From Convolutriloba macropyga (taxonomy: Eukaryota): DNA of 44,063 nucleotides. Shown here piece after piece: positions 23,201 through 31,546 of the stretch. Position 1 is the stretch's first letter; each line of letters starts with the position of its first letter. The stretch is taken from positions 72,373,938 to 72,418,000 of the forward strand of contig NC_134469.1 of assembly GCF_964194025.1 (NCBI RefSeq). The letters run 5' to 3'. Position numbers and translations under genes: made by a program. Below the pieces are notes generated by a model. It was given only the letters and a program-made list of their open reading frames with translations, did not search any database and was not told the DNA's origin.

Positions 23201-25011
23201 TAAACTGATAAAGCTTGCTCATTAGGTCACAGCGCATTAAATGATCAAAGATCATTTGAGCAAATTGTAGAGTCAATTATAAAAGCTAAAAAAAATCCAT
23301 AAGTCAAAAATTGATTATTCAAATGTCTTTTTGAAACATGGCATCAAAAATCATGTCTTTAAAAAACAAAAGCAAAAAAATTAACACATTTTTAATAATT
23401 TTTTTGACGGGCTCCTTCGAAACAAGTACGCTGAAAATGAAGAAATCGAAAAAGAAAGTAAAGTTTAAATTCTTCGTTTTTATTAATTGGATTCTAAAAA
23501 TATTGTTTGAAAAAAATGTTTTTTAAAACTATTGTTTCTCCGTTAATTTTGTGCCTGAATCTGGATCCAGTTGAACAACTGCGATACTCCTGATGTACAA
23601 CAAAAATATTTTAAAAAAACTAATTTTTCAAAGAATTAATAGACGTCTAAACAAAATTGAAATACTGCATTCATATTTTTGCTAAATTCTTTGGCTTGCT
23701 GACCACGATATTTTTGTACAAATTCTGTGCTGTATTTTGTAGATTTCTCGAATCAACCAAGGCAGTACTCCAAAATTAATAAAAATTTTCCGTTAAATGG
23801 ATTTATCAAACAAAACCAGTTTCTGCGAATATTTATGCTAAGCACACAGCCAACAGGTCCTTTGAAAAGTGATATATTTAAAATTTTACGAAGTTTTTAA
23901 ATTTTACATTTTTTTTTAATTTGGGATACTTGTGAGCGGAACAACAGAAAATCTATCTTTCTGAGAAGAGAGGAGAACAGTTTTTTTTCTAGTTTCTGTT
24001 GATTGCTCTTTATGTTTCAAAAGAATTCCTAAATTAAGCTCCCAACTGTGTTACAATTGAGAAAAAACTTCACTTAATTAAAAATACCAGAGTCACATGT
24101 ATGTTTTTGATTTCTTGTATATTTTTGCTTTTAAAAGGAAAACAATTTTGCTTTTAAAAAAGAATTTTTTTTTGCTTTTTTTGCTTTGAAAGGTTCCATT
24201 TTCAGCACAATTTTTAATTCAAAAAGTCTTGCAGGATTCTAACTAAAAAGCATAGGTTTTATTTAAATACATAGGCTATAACAAAACGGATGGAAATTTT
24301 TCAGAAAAGCTTAACAAAGCTTCAAAATTGATGCTCAAAAGAAAAAAAAATGTAAGAAAAGTGATGAAAGTGTAGCAGTTACGCAATAAATGGACTGAAA
24401 GTGAGATTCTCAGCTCAATTTTTACATAATTTTCACCAAAAAGTTCGTCCTGTGATCGTGACGCAGACAATAATCTTTTGTCACAATTATACCCGTACTT
24501 AACAATGAATTCGATTACAATTTTGATTCGAAGGCAATGTCAAGTGATTCATAGGAACTGTGAGGTGCCCGTCAAGTTTTACACCATTAGTTTTATACAA
24601 GACTACACCACATTTGAATATATAGAGAAAAATATAATTAAATTCTTTGTTTTTTTTTGAAAAAAAAAATACCGGTTGTGACTGTAACTGAGCACTGGTT
24701 GCGACATTTTGTTCTCTGTATTTCGAATCACCATTCACGTCAACTGTAAACTGATTTTGATCTGGTGTCCTCGTAACAATTCCGTCTGAATGTGTTTCTA
24801 CCTGGGGTGCTAATACGTCACGACTTGAACCCGAGGCATTCTCCCAATCATGTTGCAGTCGCTCGTCACTGCCTCGAATCCTCTCCCCCGATTCCCACAT
24901 TTTGTTCACTTCACTCTTACATGATTGGCTGACATCCTCTGTTTGATTTGGAACTTGTTCTCGTTCTGTCATGCCTTCATATTGTTGTTCAGAAAACATA
25001 TCGCTCAGCAT
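8206..25011 (-). CDS. Spliced gene: NHL-repeat (six-blade beta-propeller) protein with acidic disordered N-terminus, 636 aa, 7 coding exons
   Basis: join(complement(24673-25011, 20939-21465, 15856-15981, 14279-14458, 10872-11083, 9233-9603, 8206-8361)) = 1911 nt. All introns are GT-AG with matching phases 0,2,2,2,1,0. Splicing rebuilds NHL repeats across junctions (RVYVSDAG|DETVKAFD; NIAIADAK|NGRVQLFT). Linkage of exons 1-3 rests on phase compatibility, not homology. Confidence 0.82.
9233..9603 (-). CDS. NHL gene exon 6: DETVKAFDRSNGDFLFKF...FGGSGRGLNKFNGPVAICSDGDGNIAIADAK
   Basis: Acceptor ttttcag|GA (phase 1), donor AAA|gtaaga (phase 0); canonical NHL motif FGxxGxGxxxFxxPxxI...IAD. Confidence 0.93.
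10316..10707. repeat. Perfect tandem repeat, 130 bp x3, in NHL intron 5
   Basis: Unit GTAAATCATTTTGATATACTGCAAC...GGCTTACCAGGCCTTT starts at 10316, 10446 and 10576; no differences seen between copies. Confidence 0.95.
10872..11083 (-). CDS. NHL gene exon 5: CAPYVTDIQLSNGDSHLWIVDSFNQTVREVD...LMRPGKVAISPDRVYVSDA
   Basis: Acceptor gttaacacag|A (phase 2), donor GCAG|gtgaag (phase 1); two NHL-like blades. Confidence 0.9.
11177..11473. mobile_element. Foldback/MITE-like element with inverted arrays of a 16-bp unit (GGAAATAAACCCCCAC)
   Basis: About six direct variants at 11183-11288 and inverted copies GTGGGGGTTTATTTCC at 11424-11455, around a GC-rich core. The right arm appears truncated; no TSD identified. 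Confidence 0.65.
14279..14458 (-). CDS. NHL gene exon 4: FHYRLRVTELPDCVAALSNGEVIVADNHSDISRLKFFD...
   Basis: Acceptor ttgcaacag|G (phase 2), donor CT|gtgagt (phase 2); NHL-like PxxVAxxxNGEVIVAD. Confidence 0.88.
15856..15981 (-). CDS. NHL gene exon 3 (not in ORF track): RSSTSHTTVGVFINGKLSGHSEQRSILTSHYLAINSLGVLS
   Basis: Acceptor gtctgttcag|A, donor AG|gtacgt; 126 nt, open in the phase-2/phase-2 frame required by its neighbours; GC content above flanks. Confidence 0.7.
   Translation of the reverse strand, partial: KKFDQSHNSGCLHQWQAFWTLRAEKHPHKPLPCYQQSRSTQ
16174..16462. mobile_element. MITE-like element (~290 bp) with ~40-bp imperfect TIRs beginning CCCGTACCA
   Basis: Left CCCGTACCAAAC...ATCAGGCCTGAATCAGA versus reverse complement of right CCCGTACCATAC...ATCACGACTGATTCAGA; TT on both flanks; internal GGCAGAGAGA..CAAGACTTG repeats. 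Confidence 0.7.
17214..17294. repeat. (TG)n microsatellite, ~40 units, one interruption
   Basis: Directly visible. Confidence 0.98.
17500..17830 (+). pseudogene. Decayed non-LTR retrotransposon (CR1/L2-like) reverse-transcriptase fragment
   Basis: From 17607 it reads IVLGPLLFFIYINNMTSVLNNTTINFFADN, matching LINE RT (PQG)SVLGPLLFxIYINDL...LFADD; the catalytic DD is mutated and the flanks are frameshifted. Confidence 0.75.
18073..20324 (-). mobile_element. Non-autonomous Helentron/DINE-1(HINE)-like element, copy 2 (~2.25 kb), in NHL intron 2
   Basis: Minus strand begins TTTTTGCTCCGACCCCACTTGTGGGGGGAGGAACTATATACTCAAATGG, with ~210 bp homologous to 1565-1775. It ends GGGTCGGAAC-ATC-ATGTGC-TAAC-GCACAT-TAACGAGCCTCCTTGTTTT, homologous to 4254-4300. 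Confidence 0.7.
20939..21465 (-). CDS. NHL gene exon 2: acidic, Ser/Asp/Glu-rich low-complexity region
   Basis: Acceptor ttcactgtttag|CGT (phase 0), donor AG|gtaagt (phase 2); 527 nt open, GC content above flanks. Confidence 0.8.
22508..22540. repeat. (ATT)n microsatellite, imperfect
   Basis: Directly visible. Confidence 0.85.
24673..25011 (-). CDS. NHL gene exon 1 (putative first coding exon, 113 aa)
   Basis: ATG immediately preceded by an in-frame TAA; donor CCG|gtattt (phase 0) matches the exon 2 acceptor; polar/acidic composition like exon 2. Confidence 0.72.
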
Positions 25012-26291
25012 TTAATTTGTAGTCACTGCTTTCATTGCTTACGTCATTGTTTACGGCAGAGGCATTTATTTATTATTTGTTTGTTTTCTTCCAAATTAAA
25101 AAATTAGTAAATATCTAATTTTATATTTGAGTGGTTCGTTTACATTATAATCAATTTATTCTGGGGAGAGGGCAGCTATATTGGGAACAGACCAAAATTT
25201 TATGCAATTGATATTAAGATACAGGACTGACTACATTTAAATTTTGAAAAAATAAATATTTTGAAAAACTCAGAATTCATTGCATAAAACAATGACGTCT
25301 TCATACTTCTTTGCAGCTGTATAATTAAAACATAATAATATGGTTGTATTTGATTCAAAGTAAAGAGAGCAGTACACATGGTTAAGAATCAATACAAGAT
25401 TTTAAGTTTTGTAATAACGTGGCGAACGTAAGTTCTCAAGAAAGCGACTTCAATTACTGTTTGTGCACCACCAATTAATTTGTCGGTCCAGCTGGTAACA
25501 ATGGCACTTTCAGAAAAAAAACTTAAATAAAGAATTTAAGAACTTGCCACAAAAAACTGCAATCAACAAATGCTGGTTTAGACCTCGAGTTATAAAAAGA
25601 CGACGCCAGAGCCAAGATGCCTAAAAGACTATGCACGACCCAAAATATTTATGAAAAGATCTTTGTTCGATTCAGAAAAGACTTTGGAGGGCAAGACTTG
25701 AAAAGTCGAGCCCTAAACCTGGAAAACTTTCATCGCAAAGTCTCGCCCGGCGCAACGACTTGCAGAGGTCAAAAGTTAGTTCACAGAATTTCTCAAAAAC
25801 TCTGATAGGAGTCTCTTCTGAACTGACGAAAAACACATCGGAGCACATTTTGGTCTGAAAAGGTTTGATTAAACCAAGCTGAAAAACAGGACCAAAATGA
25901 CCTCTCGTTTTTTGCACACACAATCCCTTCGATACAGGCTCCAATCTTAAACCCACTTCAGATCAGAACTCCGTGCGCTCATACCCAACTGATCAGATTA
26001 TTCGATAGAAAACGCCTCCATGCTGACTACAGTTAGCTCGAAAGTTTCATTGATCAGACCTTTAAACACTATTGAACAGACGTTTCTGTACTCGAAACTC
26101 CAGTTTAATGCACTTCAATCGAAGATTTTACGAGATTTCGTATTTCATTTAAATCCGCTCCTGATCGAAGTGAGGTGCGCACAAATTGCTCTCCAAGTTA
26201 TCTTCATTAAAAAAACTATTCCCTAAAATACTTCTGAACAAACTATTGCGCGCCTTTTGATCAATTCTTAGCGCTGTTGAACCCTTTTGTG

Positions 26292-26461
26292 TGTTCCCAA
26301 TGATATTGGGAATTCAAGACAGGAAATAATGGTGATGATTAAGCAACCCGCCAAAACTATAAAATTCACTCTTTCTCAAAACAGTTGCCGAGAATTCGCA
26401 ACTACACAACTATAGCTACCAAAAGAGGAAATCAAACAGACTAGAATATATGTTTATAACA
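26292..26461 (+). repeat. BEL 5' LTR (170 bp)
   Basis: About 22 substitutions and 2 indels versus the 3' LTR (~87% identity, manual count). Followed by TGGAGACC...CGTGATT, a possible decayed PBS. Confidence 0.9.
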
Positions 26462-26539
26462 TAAATTTGGAGACCTACCTCCGTGATTAAAAAACATTGT
26501 CTACCTTCTGAAACGGAACTTTTTTAAACAAAGAGTTTG

Positions 26540-27545
26540 ACATCACACCACAGACAAAAAGGGTACGCAAAAAATGTTCTGTAAATCGGTAAATTCAAAA
26601 AATCGTTTTTTGAATTATCGGAAAAAAATTCAGACAGATACAAATCCAACTACTGAATTGAGGTCCCCCACTTGTAGCCAATAGAGTGTAACGTTATTGC
26701 TGTCCATATGTTACAATTGGTTTTCAAATTGCAAAAAACGCAGACAAACCGTTTTTTAGATCGTTAAAATCGAAAAGTGTTTTTTAAATTTCAAGATAAA
26801 AAATTCAGGCAATTACGAGTAAACCTTTTGAATTAAGTTTTGCCACTTGAAATAAATAAAGTGCAAAACTTTTGCTACTCTTGTGTTATAAATGGTTCTC
26901 GAAGCGCAAAATAACGCAAAAAGATGATTTTAGATAGTTAAGTTCGAAATGCGTTTTCTGAAATTTTAGACATAAAGTTCAGGCATCTACAGAAACAAAT
27001 AATGATTTGAGTCTACTCACTTATACAAAATTTAGAGCAAAACTATTGATAGCCTTATATTACAATTGGTTCCGAATTGCAAAAATAACGCAGACAACGT
27101 ATTTTTTTAAATTAGAAAATTAAGAAAAAATTTTCTGATCTTCAACACAGAAAGCTTAGGCACTTACAAGTTCAACTATTGAATTCAATTTTGGAAGCTG
27201 CAAAAAAAAGAACTCGAAATTTTTGCTTCTTTAAAAAACAGATTTTCAAAAACTGCATTAAAGATCAGAAAATACGAAAATCACTTTCTGACATTTAAGA
27301 CAAAGATCTCAACACTCAATGAAACAAAACTACTTAATTCAACATCTGTACATGGTTCTAAACATCCCTATAATTCTATAAAAAAAATTGCAATTGGTTT
27401 TTTGAAATGTAGAAATTTGCAAAAAAAAAACGTTTTTTTATCAGAGAGTTCAAACAAAGTTTTTCTGAATTTAACAAAAAAGTTAGTTAAATACTGAACA
27501 AATCCAAATGTTGAATTAAAGATCTCCACTTTAAAGTAAATCTTT
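26540..27545 (+). repeat. Degenerate tandem array, ~175-bp unit x ~6
   Basis: Anchor TTCAGRC and variants at 26629, 26804, 26978, 27155, 27308, 27486; TTACAATTGGTT variants at 26711, 26887, 27060, 27388. Confidence 0.8.
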
Positions 27546-28679
27546 ATATGCGTTTCACAACGAACAAAATGCTGTAAGTTTCATCGAATCAAAAGAAAAA
27601 TCTTGAAAAGACCGCTTTTTCTTTGAAAAAAAATAAAATGTTGCATACTACTACCCTCTAGCCTAGTCAATTGGGTAGTATGTGTACTTTGGAGTGAAGT
27701 TAAGTTGAATCTGAACATATCATCAGATTCTTCACATTTCTTTAGCCGCTCGTTTAGTAAATGGGGTTGTATGAACTGAACAAAAGCACAAACAAAAAGC
27801 AAAACTTTTGAGTTTTACGTAAGCAAACAGAAGGCAAAAATTTCACAATTTTTCCTTCAGATTTTGTAACCTTTGAGCGCTCCTGTAAGACTAACACCCC
27901 TAATTTTCTTCAATTAAGTTCCTGGTCTCAGAAGCTGCCAAAAGAAGTCACTTTCCTCCCCCTGATCTCAGTAGTGGTCAATCGAAGAGAAGAGTAATTT
28001 TTTGGTCTCATTAGTCAGCAATTGAAGAGAAAAGTTATTTTGTGGTCTCTATAGTCACAGAAAAGATGAGCAATTAACACATGTCAGAGGTTAACAAAAA
28101 GCAAACGGAAGCAGTTCGATGGTAGCAATCGTCCCTAATTGGAAAGATTTACAAATAAACAGAATTCTTTGGAGAAAAGTTCCGGAATACTGTCATTTAA
28201 ACAACCACTCATCACTTCATGTCAGCAGCTCACGATACCTTGTCTAATTGCAGTGCCTTGGAAAAATGTTAAATTATGAGCTATTTCTACGTTACAGTTA
28301 ATTTGTTTGGGTCATCAGGTTTGAGTATATCAAAAGTCTTGAGGAAAAAACGGAGCCTACTTTAGTTTAATTGTCCCGGCACATTGATTGCGACACAAGC
28401 TAAATCATTCACACGAACATTGAAGAGGCGAATTGGTAAACCCGGAAAATTAAAACCAAAGCCATTTTTGGGTCTTGTTCAATATGTCAGCCATACACAC
28501 GCGCAAACTATTAACTTTTTAAATTTTTAGCTAGACAACTTAGCTAGGCTTTGCACAAAAATCGTGGCTGAATAGACACACATAGCTGGCGTCATTTTTT
28601 TCAAGTTTTCTAAAAACCTTAATTGCTCCGCTCTTTATCTTTTGCCTTTTAATCCGTTCTTGACCTTTTAGTTCGAAGA

Positions 28680-30014
28680 ATACTTTTGGACAAAACACTT
28701 TCTTCAGTTGCGGAACGATTTTCTAACCTTCTGTCGAGCTTCAAACACGAAGTTGGCAGTATGGATGACGATGTACTGCACAGCCAATCCTCAACGAGAA
28801 TACGCGATGACTTGATTGTCACACAAAAACTTCAGCTCTCAAGAATTTTAGCTTTTCAATACAACAGACAATTAAGAATCAGATGCGTACGCCAACAAAA
28901 ACACATCAGTGGCAGCAATCAACAAAACGCTGCCAAACAAGAAATGGTTACCACCACATAAGGCTTCAAAATCTCAGTAAAAGCATCAAACGTCCAACAG
29001 CTGCAGTTGCTACCAGCAACCCGGCTCGTTTAAATAACATTCGTCCAGAAAACCACTCAGTCAAACAGCAATCTTAACGAGGAAATACCAACAACACAGG
29101 CATCTCATCGAAATCACAAAAGAGTCCCTACGGACAGTCCTTTACAGCAAGAAGAGGGAATCAATTTCGACACACACATTTGAACAATATTTCTAGTTAA
29201 AATTTTAGTGTGAATTACTTACATTCTACACCCAAAGAATGGCTTGAACAACTTCAGCTAATTCCAGTCTCCTTATTAAACGGAAATGAAAAGCATTCAA
29301 TACGTACACCTTGATTGACTCAGGAAGCCAATTGAGTTTCATTCCTGAAAATATTACAGAGTTTCTTACTCTTCCCTGTGAAGCTCGAGAACCTACATCT
29401 CATTATCTTAACATCGAACACGAGATGCAAACTTCAACAATTGCACAACCATTGACTGAGATATCATTTGAAAATTTGGACAAAAAGTTTCAAATAAGAA
29501 CCAAGTACAGCACGCGCTTTCTAAACGCAACACCCACCATTAGATTTTTACTCCACCAGATATGCGATGCATTCAAAAAATTTCGTCGTATTAACTTCCC
29601 AGAAATCGCGGAATGCAAAATTGGTGCGCTTTTGGGAATCAACAATTTTTTCTTCACGCACCCATTTCAAATCAACCCTGCAACAAAAAACCAGCAATTT
29701 GCTGTAAAGACGAAGCTTGGATGGACACTCCCTGGAATATGTGAACAAGTCCTGAACTGCAATGAAATTAAACAACGATCACAATTACAGAAGCCTTACG
29801 TATTCCATTTGCCAGGGCAACGCTTACACAAGTTACTGGAACAGTTTTGGAAAATCGCATCCAAATTTACCCAGCCCCAAAACAAAATTCTGGATGCTAA
29901 CAACAGAGAAACTCTTGACACATTGGAGAAGACAAAGAGCCACATTGGCGAAAGGTACGAAATTTGATTACAATGGAAAAACGCAGGGAGATCCAAAAGC
30001 AACTTTCTTGTATC
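28680..30014 (+). pseudogene. BEL gag C-terminus / aspartic protease region (decayed)
   Basis: Decayed knuckle CQTRNGYHH; protease LIDSGSQLSFI (29311); IGALLG; AVKTKLGWTL; LEQFWK; RYEI*LQWK (BEL RYxVxLPWK). Confidence 0.85.
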
Positions 30015-30422
30015 TTTTGTGCGATACCTGTGTAATACTTGTTAAATGTTATCTTAATTTACCGCAGTAAACCTCATACGATGCTATAACTTAGTTCCTA
30101 AAGTTCTTAATTATTAGCCATTCACACTTCAGTTTTAATCAGACAATATTTCATGTTTCCCGCTTGCAACTTACTACTTGTTCAGGGTTATTTCATTTCC
30201 CGCTACGTCATTAGACATGTCTGTTCACTCCATTTTATTTTGTTGATAACCACTTCAGTTCATAATCTTGTCTTGTTCAATTTCAGTTGTCACAATATCT
30301 TTCAATTTCACTCCGCAAATCATGCTCAGAATTAGGTAAGAATTTCCCCTGGCGAGATCCATCATTAATTCAAAAGCCTGTATTCGCGTAGTGAATTCGA
30401 CAGTAAACTAATAAAGTACGAC

Positions 30423-31446
30423 ATGGCGCACTCAGCAAACGAACGAACTCAATTGGGAATTGTTGCCGTTTGGCAACCTCTTTGATGAAGAAAGTGGAGG
30501 GTACAATACAAATTAAACTCACTCGCCGAGGAGAACATCATATTGGCTACACTTCTTGGCCCTAAACCAGAAATGATAGAATTGCCCCTGGAGTTAATAT
30601 ACGAAGAAGTGGTCATCCGTTCTTCGGCGCAATCGGAACGTGAACGTAATGCCTGAAACGCACAACAAGAGATAAATCAGCAAAAAAAATGATAAAGACA
30701 CGTCGAAGCTGGAATAGTATGTGGAAATGAAAGATGGCCACTCGCTGATCAAAAAACGTCTCTTTACCCCATCTTAGTATTGATATGGAGCGGCGTCGGA
30801 TTCTCAACAGCAGAAACGCAAACATAATGACAGACACTCTCTCTACAGCAGAATTTTGGAAGATTGTGGAGGACGCATTCATCAGACCCCGGAACATAAA
30901 ATTTGACAGGTACCTTTTCCTTATCAAAAAACAACTCCGGGTTGAAACAATTGAGCATTTTATGAAAAACTTAAAGAACTAACAGAAAACTTACTTTGGA
31001 AACGAAGAAGAAACACTAATCAGAGACGTTTCAATCACCAACCTACTCAATCCTGAAATACAAAAAGAGCTTTTGAAACAAACAGTGGAACCGATGGAAG
31101 CTCTTGAACCGGCTATCAACAAAGAACACTGGATGCGAAATCAGCAACAAGTAAAAACTCACAATAAAACCCTCATTCCGGCCAGCGTCAATGCATTTCA
31201 ATACCCGCCCAGCAGTCGCTTTTCAAACTGGTCCCTCAAAAACAATTTCCACAGACAAGTAACTCGACCACCATTTCTACACTGCTCTAATTTTGACGCA
31301 CCATGGCTTCCTGGACATCGAGACAAGTGAATTGCTAAAGGTAAAACTTGTAACAACTGTGGCTTATAAAACATTATGCCAAAGTATGCAGAAAACAAAA
31401 AAGAAAGAAAGCACTGAATCCAAAGAAAGAATCGGACAGAAGGTGA
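30423..31446 (+). pseudogene. Gypsy/Mag-like gag with zinc knuckles (frameshifted)
   Basis: FWKIVEDAFIRPRNIKFDRYLF.IKKQ...ETIEHF; LIRDV; EIQKELLK; tandem knuckles ...H..K(C)IAKGKTCNNCGL..HYAKVCRK typical of Mag-clade gag. Confidence 0.85.
30424..30437 (+). promoter_or_regulatory. Primer-binding site, tRNA-Ser-like
   Basis: TGGCGCACTCAGCA directly after LTR-terminal CA; resembles the Gypsy tRNA-Ser PBS TGGCGCAGTCGGYA (from memory, not checked against this species' tRNAs). Confidence 0.55.
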
Positions 31447-31546
31447 TTGAAGAACAAGTAGTTAAGAACTAAACTATAGCATCGTATAAGATTTACTGAA
31501 CTAAATCATGAAAACAATTAACGACTATTTCACAGGTATCACAACT

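Larger units (their letters stand above)
30018..31543 (+). mobile_element. Gypsy(Mag-like)-derived gag-only insert with inverted termini, nested in BEL pol
   Basis: LTR-like 30018-30423 (TG...AATAAA...ACGACA), PBS TGGCGCACTCAGCA, decayed gag; 31462-31543 is the reverse complement of 30018-30101. BEL coding sequence resumes immediately after it. Boundaries are uncertain by ~3 bp. Confidence 0.8.

Noticed and set aside
25560-26286. Possible decayed coding or TE sequence left of the BEL LTR
   Set aside because: GC content is raised but I recognised no motif in any frame.
27979-28057. 40-bp tandem duplication inside the BEL leader
   Set aside because: Real but only two degenerate copies; ordinary slippage.
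30010-31540. GTATC (30010-30014 and 31536-31540) as the TSD of the nested insert
   Set aside because: The right GTATC lies inside the inverted arm (reverse complement of GATAC in the LTR start), so the match is probably coincidental.
30018-31543. DIRS element (because of the inverted termini)
   Set aside because: It has TG..CA ends, a tRNA-type PBS and a Mag-like gag; no tyrosine recombinase, RT or internal complementary region was seen.
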